Assembly: GCA_050950505.1 (NCBI GenBank)
Contig: JBMNHS010000001.1
Location: 32,001 to 96,000 of the forward strand
Length of the DNA stretch: 64,000 nt
Reading direction: 5' to 3'
From: Candidatus Methanomethylophilaceae archaeon
Lineage (GTDB): Archaea; Thermoplasmatota; Thermoplasmata; Methanomassiliicoccales; Methanomethylophilaceae
The notes below the pieces were generated by a model. That model worked only from the letters and a program-made list of their open reading frames with translations, ran no database searches and was not told the DNA's origin. Below, one piece after another: positions 39,485-48,953 of this stretch. A program made the position numbers and the translations under genes. Each line of letters begins with the position of its first letter. Positions within the stretch are counted from its first letter, which is position 1.

Positions 39485-39658
39485 ACGGAAAAGAGAAAAA
39501 AGAGACAGGGAAAACTTGGATGGATAATGGGATGCGTACCCTGTCTCTATGGGAGAACAAAAAGCATGGGGATGCACATCTTGTTCCCTTAATTCTATCA
39601 ACAACGCAGGAGTATATTAACGGAATCAGGGGAGGTCCCCGAATCGGCCGAAAGTGAA

Positions 39659-41344
39659 TTATTTCGATTTATGGCGGGTGCGGATCGCCATGCCACGGCC
39701 GGTCTGAACCATCTCCCTGCCGCACATTTCCGCCACTCCGACTCCGACGACTTCGCCGTTTCTCAGTATGACCGCCTCATCCCCTATGCGGATAGACGGA
39801 TCGGCGTCAACCACTCCGACGGCGAAAAGATTGCCTTTTAAATCAAAATCGGTCATGGTCACCGCAGAGACGTTCAGACCCGCAAGTATTTCCGCCCCGT
39901 CAAGAGTCAGGGAAACCATTCCCCTTTCCGGCGTCAGCATCCCGAGCTGAACTTTTTCGGATCCTTCGCGGATGATTTTCCAGTAAGGGTATCTGCCGGT
40001 GACAAAGGTGTTTTCGTCAAGAATTGCCTCCGCCGCTTCCGGACCGAACTGGAACCGGAGGACGGAACGCATGACTTCCTTGCGTTCTGTGACGTAATCC
40101 GGAAACTCCATGTCTTCGGTTACTTTTCTCAGCGTGTCATCCAGGAATTCCAAAGATTCGAAGGATGTGGGATTTCCGTCCTTCACGGTGAATTTCATTT
40201 CCGCCAGATCTTTTATCAGTTCGTAATCGGGAAAATGACATACGATTTCGTCATATCCCTGTCCGATGAGAGAGGACAGCATTCCGCGGATCATTTCCTT
40301 TTCCGCGCAGTTCCATTCGCCGGTCACCGGTATGTCATAAGAATTCGCGGGATAAAACACGTCAAGTTCCCTGGGCACCAAACCGAGAGGAGAGGTGAGT
40401 ATGACTTCATGCACCAACACGTCATGACCCGCCGTGTGTATCGCCGATGCGAAGGCCTTGTGGGATTTGGACGTGTGGTACGGTTTTCTGGCCGAACAGG
40501 GCAACAGCAGCAGCACTTTTTTGTGATCCGGTTTGGCGTACCGTTCCGCAAAGGTTCTGCGGTATCTTTCCGTGTCGGGACGTCTTAGGGATTGGACGGT
40601 GTTGCAACAGAAAGGCTTTCCGACCGTGGGGCAGGTTTCCTCCTGATATTCGTATCCGATGCTGTCCAAATGACGCAACAGCGCAACGGAATTCGGAGAC
40701 GAAACCGACCTCTGATCCACAAGCTCCCTCAGTCTTCCCGCGGCGGTGAACACAATGACTTTTTCCAGCTCCCGTTCCAATTCTTTGGAGTTGTCGCGGG
40801 AAAAGTCTTCCGCGGTGTTGATTTCCCCTTCCGGGAACATTTTGACCCCCATCAATCCCGCCGCGATGGGCAACATATCATCAAACAGATCCACACCCAT
40901 GTAGACGAGAATGGACAGCGTGGAAGGATCGGCAATGCCTGACATATACACCAAACGGTTGAATCCCGCCAGCTCCCGGATCTTCATGACTGCGTTCAGC
41001 AATTCCCGGAGATTCTTTCTGAGTTCGAAAGCGTTCGGAACGACGACCAGTCTGCATTCCTCGGGAAGCGCGTCGGTGTCCCTCACGGGCAGACGTACAA
41101 CGGAAACTTTATCGTAATTCCCCTTGATGCCCCCGCCTCTTTCGATTGATGCCGTGGTCAGCAAACCTTCGTCCAACGGGACTTCGGTGCCCATGAAATT
41201 CAAAACTCTGCCTTCCGGTTTCAATGTCAGAAACATGTCGGATTTTCTGTCCGATGTTATGATTTCGGGAGACCGTACCGTGCCTTCGTCGGTCTTGTAT
41301 TTGCAGATTCGTCCTCTGTGGGTTCTTGCGAGAATTTCCAGCAT
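39659..41344 (-). CDS. arcS: archaeosine synthase (TgtA2) with PUA domain
   Basis: degenerate TGT N-terminus, GRLRELV, LLPCSARKPY..SKSH, TSPLGLVPRELD..YP...YD.PVTG.W, C-terminal PUA. Confidence 0.88.
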   Translation of the reverse strand: MLEILARTHRGRICKYKTDEGTVRSPEIITSDRKSDMFLTLKPEGRVLNFMGTEVPLDEGLLTTASIERGGGIKGNYDKVSVVRLPVRDTDALPEECRLVVVPNAFELRKNLRELLNAVMKIRELAGFNRLVYMSGIADPSTLSILVYMGVDLFDDMLPIAAGLMGVKMFPEGEINTAEDFSRDNSKELERELEKVIVFTAAGRLRELVDQRSVSSPNSVALLRHLDSIGYEYQEETCPTVGKPFCCNTVQSLRRPDTERYRRTFAERYAKPDHKKVLLLLPCSARKPYHTSKSHKAFASAIHTAGHDVLVHEVILTSPLGLVPRELDVFYPANSYDIPVTGEWNCAEKEMIRGMLSSLIGQGYDEIVCHFPDYELIKDLAEMKFTVKDGNPTSFESLEFLDDTLRKVTEDMEFPDYVTERKEVMRSVLRFQFGPEAAEAILDENTFVTGRYPYWKIIREGSEKVQLGMLTPERGMVSLTLDGAEILAGLNVSAVTMTDFDLKGNLFAVGVVDADPSIRIGDEAVILRNGEVVGVGVAEMCGREMVQTGRGMAIRTRHKSK

Positions 41345-41429
41345 CGTTCCTTGATGAAAGTGAAGGCGTTAATTAATGTTGGTGCAACCAAGGCGAAGAG
41401 TTAATATCAAAAGGTCAGGATTAAGTTAT

Positions 41430-42362
41430 ATGGACTTTTATGACAGGGACATCGTATCCATAAGAGACTTCACGCGGGAGGAGATAGAATATCTCCTTGA
41501 TTTGTCAGAGAAAATGATGCCGTACGCCACCGGAGACAAAACCGGTCGGCTGCTTGACGGAAAAATTTTGGGAAATCTGTTTTTCGAACCCTCGACACGC
41601 ACAAAATTGTCTTTCGAAAGCGCGGCCTGCAGGTTGGGATGCGATGTCATCGACGTGTCCGAGATGTCCATGACTTCGATATCCAAGGGAGAAACCCTGG
41701 CGGACACCATCCGCATGGTTGACGCTTACTGCGACCTCATAGTCCTCCGCCACCCTTACGAGGGAGCGGCGAGACTTGCCGCGAAATTCTCTCAGAATCC
41801 CGTGATCAACGCGGGAGACGGTGCGGGTTCCCATCCCACCCAGACTCTGTTGGATTTGTTTACGATGCGCCAGTCCAAAGGTTCTCTCGACGGATTGAAC
41901 GTTGTCCTTGTCGGCGATCTGAAATACGGACGCACGGTTCATTCCCTTGCGGAAGCCCTGACCATGTTCGGAGCAAAACTCACACTGGTCGCCCCGGACA
42001 CTCTGCAGATGCCCGATGAAATCGTGAATCACATAAAAGACAAGGGATGCGATCCCGTCAAAACCGCCAACCTTGAAGACGTCATAGACAAGGCGGATGT
42101 CCTTTACATCACAAGAATACAAAGGGAAAGATTCCCCGACCCCACGGAATACAGGAAAGTGGCGGGAATGTACCGCATCGACAACGCCATGCTGAGAGAA
42201 GCCATGAGCGACATGATCGTCATGCATCCCCTTCCCAGAATCGACGAAATCGCCCCTGAGGTGGATTCCTCGGAGCATGCCAAATATTTCCAGCAGGCCT
42301 TCAACGGAGTCCCCGTCAGAATGGCTTTGCTCTGTGCCATCCTGGGAGGTGAACTCCTATGA
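41430..42362 (+). CDS. pyrB: aspartate carbamoyltransferase catalytic subunit
   Basis: FFEPSTRT, KGETL.DT, NAGDG..HPTQ, GDLKYGRTVHS, HPLPR. Confidence 0.97.
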   Translation: MDFYDRDIVSIRDFTREEIEYLLDLSEKMMPYATGDKTGRLLDGKILGNLFFEPSTRTKLSFESAACRLGCDVIDVSEMSMTSISKGETLADTIRMVDAYCDLIVLRHPYEGAARLAAKFSQNPVINAGDGAGSHPTQTLLDLFTMRQSKGSLDGLNVVLVGDLKYGRTVHSLAEALTMFGAKLTLVAPDTLQMPDEIVNHIKDKGCDPVKTANLEDVIDKADVLYITRIQRERFPDPTEYRKVAGMYRIDNAMLREAMSDMIVMHPLPRIDEIAPEVDSSEHAKYFQQAFNGVPVRMALLCAILGGELL

Positions 42363-42829
42363 TGGAAAAACCCAAGGAAATCAAACTCGCACCCATAAGA
42401 AACGGTACGGTCATAGACCACATCGCCACCGGGGAAGCGTTGAACGTCCTGAAAATACTCGGAGTGAACGAGTACATGGATTCCACCATAAGCGTCGGGA
42501 TAAGAGTGTCCTCCAGAAAGACTTCCCAATGGAAGGACATCATAAAAATCGAAGACTGCGAACTTGACCAGAAAACCGTGGACAAAATTGCGCTCATAGC
42601 GCCGGACGCGACCATCTCGATAATAAGAAATTATTACGTCGCGGAGAAGCACAAGGTCACACTTGAAGATCACATCGTCGGACTTGCAAAATGCTGCAAC
42701 CCCAACTGCATAACGAACAAGAATGAACCCATAGAAACTGAATTCGTAGTCATGAGCAGACGGCCCACCAGACTCAGATGCTCTTATTGCGACAGAGAAC
42801 TATGCAACGTTTCGGACAGCTTACTATGA
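42359..42829 (+). CDS. pyrI: aspartate carbamoyltransferase regulatory subunit
   Basis: GTVIDHI, KDIIKIE, C.NPNCIT, C.YC. Confidence 0.95.
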   Translation: MMEKPKEIKLAPIRNGTVIDHIATGEALNVLKILGVNEYMDSTISVGIRVSSRKTSQWKDIIKIEDCELDQKTVDKIALIAPDATISIIRNYYVAEKHKVTLEDHIVGLAKCCNPNCITNKNEPIETEFVVMSRRPTRLRCSYCDRELCNVSDSLL

Positions 42830-43356
42830 AAATATTCATCATAACCGGGATGCCGGGTTCCGGCAAAGAAGAACTGCTTACGGTCGCCAGAAGCATGAAT
42901 GTGCCTTTTCTGAGAATGGGGGACATCGTCAGGGGACATTATTCCAAATATCAGTCCGAAGAAGGATTGACCATCGGAGAATACGCCGATAAAATCAGAA
43001 AGAAAAAAGGCAAAGACGTGTGGGCGAAAGAAGCCATGAAAAACATGACAGGGGATATTTTCCTGATTGACGGCTGCAGGAGCATGGACGAGGTTGATTC
43101 GTTCAGAACGCTGAGTGAGGACGTATTCATCATAGCGATACACTCCAGCCCCGAATCCAGATACGACAGGCTCGTCAAACGGGGAAGGGAGGACGCGCCT
43201 TCCGAATGGGTGGAATTCGCCGACCGGGACACCAGAGAGATGTCCTGGGGGCTGGCGGAACTCATCGCGCTTGCCGACATCATGTTGGTCAACGAATCCA
43301 CACTGGAGGCTTTCCATGCCAATGTGGAAAAAACCATGAAGGAACTGGTGGGATGA
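42826..43356 (+). CDS. P-loop kinase, archaeal UPF0200 / dephospho-CoA-kinase-like
   Basis: TGMPGSGK, MGDIVR, DG.RS..E, R..RL.KRGREDA, RD.RE. Confidence 0.75.
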   Translation: MKIFIITGMPGSGKEELLTVARSMNVPFLRMGDIVRGHYSKYQSEEGLTIGEYADKIRKKKGKDVWAKEAMKNMTGDIFLIDGCRSMDEVDSFRTLSEDVFIIAIHSSPESRYDRLVKRGREDAPSEWVEFADRDTREMSWGLAELIALADIMLVNESTLEAFHANVEKTMKELVG

Positions 43357-43619
43357 AATTCACCGTATCCCGACTCTGCGGGGGAGAGGCCCTGATGGCA
43401 ATCCCCCTGGATCATTTTGACATAGACATGGAAAAAGCACCGGCAATTCTGGAAGAAATGGGCGGTGAAATCAAACAGCGGGACGGGATGATGATCGTCT
43501 TCACATGGAAAGGAATGGAAACCACTTTGTATTCCCAGGGGAAAATAATGTATTTTCCGCTAAAGGACAGGCAAACCTGCATAAAATATTCAATATCCTT
43601 ATTGGAAAAACTGGCCTAA
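43353..43619 (+). CDS. small hypothetical protein
   Basis: ATGA-coupled to the upstream gene; LCGG..A..P and TLYSQGKI pattern. Confidence 0.6.
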   Translation: MKFTVSRLCGGEALMAIPLDHFDIDMEKAPAILEEMGGEIKQRDGMMIVFTWKGMETTLYSQGKIMYFPLKDRQTCIKYSISLLEKLA

Positions 43620-43670
43620 TCCCTCCGACGGGACAATGATTTATAAACAAAATTGCTATTGTTTGAGCAA

Positions 43671-44390
43671 ATGGACCCTTTGATAGAAATAACGGCAGCA
43701 GTGATCCTGTCCTTCGTCCTGTCCGCAGTGGCATGGAAAACGGGGATGCTTACCGGACACGGTGCCGTTGCCGCCGCCTCGGTTCTGTTGATAATCGGAA
43801 TACTGGGCGGACTTGATTGGCTTTTGATGCTGGTCGTTTTTGCGGCGATAGGGTTCATCGTCACAAAAATCGCCTTCGGCAAAAAGAAAGAAAAAGGCGT
43901 ACAGGAAGGTAAAAGCGGAGAACGTGGATGGAAAAACATCATAGGCGTGGCTTTGGCTCCGGCCATAGTTTCCGTTCTCAACTTCGCAATACCGGATTAC
44001 CACAGTCTCATGTCCGTAGTGTACCTCAGCACCATAACGGTGGCCGCATCGGACACCGTCGCAAGCGAGATAGGCGTGAGAGACTCCCGCGCCTGGCTGA
44101 TCACGACCTTCAAGAGAGTTCCCGCGGGAACGAACGGCGGAATTTCCGTTCTCGGATCCGCTGTTTCTTTTGCGGCCGCAATCGTTGTGTCAATCTTGGG
44201 TTGGATGATTCTCTTCCGCGATCTGAGTTGGCTTCTGCTCATCCCGGCATTTGCCGGAATGATCGGAAATCTGCTGGACAGTCTGTTCGGAGCAACGATA
44301 GAGGACCGTTACATTTCAAAGTACACCAATAATTTCGTGACCGGACTCCTCGGCGGTTTGATTGCAGCCGTGATTTACCTTCAATTTTGA
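43671..44390 (+). CDS. DUF92/TMEM19 family membrane protein
   Basis: ERG..N, A.SDT.ASEIG, LITTF.RVP.GTNGGIS..G, DS.FGA. Confidence 0.88.
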   Translation: MDPLIEITAAVILSFVLSAVAWKTGMLTGHGAVAAASVLLIIGILGGLDWLLMLVVFAAIGFIVTKIAFGKKKEKGVQEGKSGERGWKNIIGVALAPAIVSVLNFAIPDYHSLMSVVYLSTITVAASDTVASEIGVRDSRAWLITTFKRVPAGTNGGISVLGSAVSFAAAIVVSILGWMILFRDLSWLLLIPAFAGMIGNLLDSLFGATIEDRYISKYTNNFVTGLLGGLIAAVIYLQF

Positions 44391-44446
44391 AGATAGCGGC
44401 TTGGTTCACAGAAAGTTATATATACATTGTAGATATCCTTGGTATT

Positions 44447-44569
44447 GGTTGACGGCCAGAGCGGCAGGGCAACACCCGGTCCCATACCGAACCCGGAAGT
44501 AAAGCCTGCCTGCGTTCCTGACTGTACTGTATTGCGCAAGCGTACGGGAACTCTGGAGCGCTGTCACCA
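44447..44569 (+). rRNA. rrf: 5S rRNA (unlinked)
   Basis: GACGGCCAGAGCGGCAGGGCAACACCCGGTCCCATACCGAACCCGGAAGTAAAGCC... with terminal pairing; own TATA at 44416-44425. Confidence 0.95.
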
Positions 44570-44865
44570 CTTTTCATTTTCATTCCGTGAAGCGCAGGCT
44601 TTGTTCCGATGCGGATATCCCCTGTAATTTTATTTTCAGAAAAATGAAATCCCGATGTGTTCTCACACACCGGTAATTTGTTTTGATCGGATTTGAAGAG
44701 TGACGGAGGTAGAAGACACTCTGTTCTCCGCGTGATTGTATGCATACGAATTATAAAATATTATGCGTTTAATATTACAACATAATCTAAAAATATGAAA
44801 CAAAATTTAAAGAAAATTGCTTGATATACGAAAAAGACACCGTGACAGAAATTTCGATAAAGAAA

Positions 44866-45654
44866 TTACGGTCTGTAAAGTTCAGGACGCCTTTTCAGAA
44901 AAAAATCCATTCCGTCCATGGTACCTTTGTCTTCCGGGGATGCTCTTTTCAGAAGCTTCGGATCCAACACACAGTCCAAAGCATATTCTTCGGAAGAAGA
45001 ATGTTCTCCCACTACGTCCCCCCGGGGATCCAATACGATGATGCCGCCGCCTCTCCCGTCTTTGATTGCGTCACATGCGGCAAAAAACACACGGTTGTCA
45101 TATGCCCGTGCAGGCAGGTATTTTTTCCATATTTCGACTCTTTTTCCGGAATCTTTGAACGAAGCATGGGGATTCAGAATCAGTTCGGCCCCCATATGAC
45201 GCAGAACGGTGGATATATCGGGAATGTGTGATTCCCAGCAAAGTTGCAATCCTATCGATACGTTTTCGGTTTCTGCACAAAGGAATCCGTCGCCTTGAAG
45301 AAAATATTTCTTTTCGAATCTTCCCAAATGGGTTTTGCGGTAAAGCTCCAAACCTCCGTCGGGGGTTGCCGCCGCCTGCGTCACATACACGCCGTCAGAA
45401 GAACGTTCCGGGAATCCGAATACCACCGTCGTACCGTATTCGCATGCCGCACCGACCAATTTCTTTATCGATTCGTCTTCTGTGTTGATGGCATGTTTGG
45501 GGGATTGCTCCGAACTGTAACCGGTCAGGCACATTTCTGGAAAACATATCACGTCATGACCGTTGTTTACGAAATCCAACATTCCGTCGACATTTTTTTC
45601 AATATCGCCGATTGCGGATTCAGTCTGTACCATTCTTAGTCTGACCGGTTTCAC
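44866..45654 (-). CDS. nitrilase / carbon-nitrogen hydrolase family protein
   Basis: catalytic triad FPEM, YRKTHL, LCWE; ARAYDN; GTG start inferred. Confidence 0.85.
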   Translation of the reverse strand: MKPVRLRMVQTESAIGDIEKNVDGMLDFVNNGHDVICFPEMCLTGYSSEQSPKHAINTEDESIKKLVGAACEYGTTVVFGFPERSSDGVYVTQAAATPDGGLELYRKTHLGRFEKKYFLQGDGFLCAETENVSIGLQLCWESHIPDISTVLRHMGAELILNPHASFKDSGKRVEIWKKYLPARAYDNRVFFAACDAIKDGRGGGIIVLDPRGDVVGEHSSSEEYALDCVLDPKLLKRASPEDKGTMDGMDFFLKRRPELYRP

Positions 45655-46013
45655 TGTCTCACTGCCCCTGTCTATGCATACGCCCGTTCCCCATAAAAAA
45701 GAAATCGGGAATAATATCAGATTACGGTTTGAAGAAATCCTGTCCGTTTGATTGTAGTAAATTATAGACTTCGTTTGAAAACCATCAGACGGCATCGTTG
45801 ATCTGAATAGTGTTTTTTCTCCGAATCCTTGAAAATTCGGAAATTCTCGGAAGAGGAAAACAGGGTTTGTTTTTGTCTCCAGTTATGAAGCATGCAGGCA
45901 AATATGGATAAAAATTGATAATTCTGTTATATTTTTCTTATATTGTTCTTATTTTAACAATTGTGCACTTTTATTATTCCTACAGTATAATTTTCAACAT
46001 AATAATATAGTAG

Positions 46014-46030
46014 TTGGATGGTACAGCCAA
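46014..46030. promoter_or_regulatory. candidate operator TTGGATGGTACAGCCAA
   Basis: 13/14 match to the palindrome; between TATA (TAATATAG) and the ATG of SBP1. Confidence 0.6.
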
Positions 46031-46032
46031 CT

Positions 46033-47232
46033 ATGTCTAGAAATAGCATTATTGTCGTATTAATTGCAGTTCTCCTGGTCGGAGGGTCAGCGGGAATTCT
46101 GTTACACAACAATAAAAGTGATAATGCAGCAAACGGTGACACGGAGTACGAAGAAGGATACCCCAGAACCGTCGAAGACTTCCTTGGTAACAAAGTTACC
46201 TTTGATGAGTCTCCGAAAAGGATTGTAACCGGCAGTTTAGATTATCTGTCTCTGTTGGGCCCCGAAGTAACAGACAGAGTGATCTGGTCTTCATCAAAGC
46301 CCATATCAACCACAGACGCAAACCCGATGTTTGAGGTGTTGGAAGATTTGGCAAAACTGCACACATCCGGCAATCTGAACACTAAGACCGAGGAGGTCAT
46401 AGCCGCAAAACCGGACTTAGTCCTGATGAGCGATGCGAAAATGACTGAAAAGGAACTCGGAGAGTTCAAAGATATCCTCAATGAAGTTGGAATCAATGTG
46501 TTCTACTGTTCATCTCAGACTCCATTATTCGATGACGCCAAAGGATGCATCGAGTTCAATTTGCTACCCATTGCGAAGATATTCAATATGGAAGAACGCG
46601 CCCAAGAGCTCATTGATTTCATGGGTACGAAAACAGATGAGTTTTTGGAGCGTCTATCCCATGTCGACAATTCCAGCCTAAGTAATGTTTTTGTTGGAGG
46701 TGGCGCAGATAAGCCAAGAACTGAGTTCCTCAGTTCTTCTGAAATAACATACACCCCGATATTGTATCTTGAGGGGTATATGCACAACATAATGACTGAT
46801 TTGGCCCCGGGCCAGGATCGTATGACCTTCGATAGTGTAGAATCATTATACCAGTATGAGAAGGAACATGGTACGATAGATTACATCTTTATCAGTCAAT
46901 CTGCTTGGTCCGAGTTTAAAACCCTGTGGAATAATGACAAGAGTAAATTTGAAGCGTTTGAAGCATTCAGCAATGGTGACGTGTATTACGTAATGGATTG
47001 GTATCCTCGCGCTACGAACCCTCTGATTTGTGCTTACGCAATCGCTACGATAATGTTCCCTGATGAATTCGGTGATTTCGATATAAAGGACTTAATCGTA
47101 GAAACTTACGAACTCTTCTACGGGTTTGAAGGTGCCGGCGATGCCGCCTATAATGTTCTTGTTGACAAAACGAACGGAGTTTTCAAACAAGATGTCGGTA
47201 TTTTTGGTAAGGTCGACCTGACAAAGATATGA
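46033..47232 (+). CDS. membrane-anchored ABC substrate-binding protein (BtuF/FecB class III)
   Basis: N-terminal TM, YPRTVEDF.G.KVTF...PKRIV, E.VIAAKPDLV, IA.IFN.EERA. Confidence 0.85.
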   Translation: MSRNSIIVVLIAVLLVGGSAGILLHNNKSDNAANGDTEYEEGYPRTVEDFLGNKVTFDESPKRIVTGSLDYLSLLGPEVTDRVIWSSSKPISTTDANPMFEVLEDLAKLHTSGNLNTKTEEVIAAKPDLVLMSDAKMTEKELGEFKDILNEVGINVFYCSSQTPLFDDAKGCIEFNLLPIAKIFNMEERAQELIDFMGTKTDEFLERLSHVDNSSLSNVFVGGGADKPRTEFLSSSEITYTPILYLEGYMHNIMTDLAPGQDRMTFDSVESLYQYEKEHGTIDYIFISQSAWSEFKTLWNNDKSKFEAFEAFSNGDVYYVMDWYPRATNPLICAYAIATIMFPDEFGDFDIKDLIVETYELFYGFEGAGDAAYNVLVDKTNGVFKQDVGIFGKVDLTKI

Positions 47233-47242
47233 AGGAATCTAT

Positions 47243-47369
47243 ATGACAAAGGATGTTGGGTCACGGGAAATCGGAAATAAACCGTATCAGAATCTTAATG
47301 CGGTGAATCACGTCCGTACCGACCGTGATGACCTGTGCCCGACATCCGAACTTCCTTCCGGGTTGTCAT
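47243..47369 (+). other. candidate structured intergenic RNA (multi-way junction)
   Basis: GGATGTTGGGTCACGGG/CCTGTGCCCGACATCC enclosing ACCGTAT/ATGCGGT and ATCACG/CGTGAT. Confidence 0.4.
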
Positions 47370-47730
47370 TCGAAGGGTAAGGATGCTTTGAGATCAACGG
47401 TGATTTTGTCGGCGTCTCCTTTGAATGCTACACGCACTCAAAAACCTCTTAACCACTTTTATCCAAAAATATTGCCGCTCTTGATTTTATTGTTTCTGAT
47501 TAAATCCACATGTCCCTAAATTAATCATATCGTGATTGAACTGACGAGAATGTGGGACTCATCGGTATTGTCAAATTGATTCATGGAAGGAAATAGCCAG
47601 CATGTATTGACATTGAATGAAATAAATCAAAAAAAAAGGTATTGAAAAATATTTTTATTCATATTTATTGGATATATCGGATATAATATTTCAAAAAAAG
47701 ATAAAATGATTCAACATGCTAATATAGTAG

Positions 47731-47747
47731 TTGGACTATACATCCAA
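47731..47747. promoter_or_regulatory. candidate operator TTGGACTATACATCCAA
   Basis: 12/14 match; same position between TATA and ATG as at SBP1. Confidence 0.6.
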
Positions 47748-47749
47748 TT

Positions 47750-48943
47750 ATGTCAAGAAATGGCATAATCGCAATAGTTGTTCTGATTTGTCTGGTTGGA
47801 GGATCGGCAGGATATGTACTGCTTGGTAAAGGTACTGGTTCAGACGATGATGACGCTACATACGAAGAAGGATACCCGAGAACTGTTGAGGACTTTTACG
47901 GCAATAAGGTCACGTTTTATGAATCTCCAAAAAGAATCGTGACTATGGGTATGGAATTTCTCGCATACCTGGGTCCTGAAATCACGGAAAGGGTAATTTG
48001 GACTTCCGGCAGTAAATCAAGCACCGATGCTGATCCCTTGTTGGATCTATTTGATTTGGATGATGTTGCCACAGTAAGCGGCAGTATGATTTCAAACGTC
48101 GAGAATATTATTGCGAAGAAACCGGACCTGGTTTTGATGGGTGATGCTCGAACTTCAGAAAATGATCGTATTGAATTCAAGAACACCCTTAACGCGGTAG
48201 GCATTAACGTGTTCTTCTTCACGAATCAAAGCAATTTGTTCAGCAATTCCAAAGAGTGTATAGAACTCAACTTGATACCCATGTCCAAAATATTCAACAT
48301 GGAAGAACGTGCAAATACACTTCTTAATTTTGTCAATACTAAGACCGATGAATTGGCGGAACGCTTATCCGGAGTGGACAATTCCGTTTTGAAAAATGTC
48401 TATGTCGGTGGCGGAGCAGGTAAACAGATGCCCAATTTCCTAGGCTCATCTGCCAATACATATTTCCCAATAATGTATCTGGACGGGTATGTGAACAACA
48501 TTATGAAAGATATAGCTCCTGATGTCGAGCATACAAAATTTGATGATTTCGAAAGATTATATCAGTACGAAAGCGAAGTTGCCAACATTGATTATATTTT
48601 CGTCAGCCAATCCTGTTGGACTGATTTTAGAACAATGTGGAACTCCGATAGTACGAGATTTGAAGCGCTTGAAGCATTCAAGACGGGAGACGTTTACTTT
48701 GTAATGAATTGGTTCCCTCGCTCCACCAATCCCCTGATAAGTGCATATTCCATAGCCGCACAAATGTTTCCTGAACAGTTCAGTGACTTCGATATCAGAG
48801 ATTTGATCGAGGAAACTTTCGAACTCTTCTACGGATTTGAAGGCGCCGGTGCAGAAGCATATAATGTTCTTGTTGGCAAGACCAAGTATACCACAGGTCA
48901 GGATATCGAAATATTCGGTAAAATCGACTTGACAAAACTGTGA
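47750..48943 (+). CDS. ABC substrate-binding protein, paralogue of 46033..47232
   Basis: shared blocks YEEGYPRTVEDF, PR.TNPLI, ELFYGFEGAG, IFGK.DLTK. Confidence 0.85.
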   Translation: MSRNGIIAIVVLICLVGGSAGYVLLGKGTGSDDDDATYEEGYPRTVEDFYGNKVTFYESPKRIVTMGMEFLAYLGPEITERVIWTSGSKSSTDADPLLDLFDLDDVATVSGSMISNVENIIAKKPDLVLMGDARTSENDRIEFKNTLNAVGINVFFFTNQSNLFSNSKECIELNLIPMSKIFNMEERANTLLNFVNTKTDELAERLSGVDNSVLKNVYVGGGAGKQMPNFLGSSANTYFPIMYLDGYVNNIMKDIAPDVEHTKFDDFERLYQYESEVANIDYIFVSQSCWTDFRTMWNSDSTRFEALEAFKTGDVYFVMNWFPRSTNPLISAYSIAAQMFPEQFSDFDIRDLIEETFELFYGFEGAGAEAYNVLVGKTKYTTGQDIEIFGKIDLTKL

Positions 48944-48953
48944 AGGTATCCGC

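Noticed and set aside
45655-45795. N-terminal extension of the nitrilase ORF in the track
   Set aside because: The family fold begins at VKPVRLRMVQ; the extension looks like an open intergenic frame.
47260-47335. Possible hammerhead ribozyme (GAAA and GTGATGA in a junction)
   Set aside because: The core would need CTGANGA with the correct helix order; neither strand fits.
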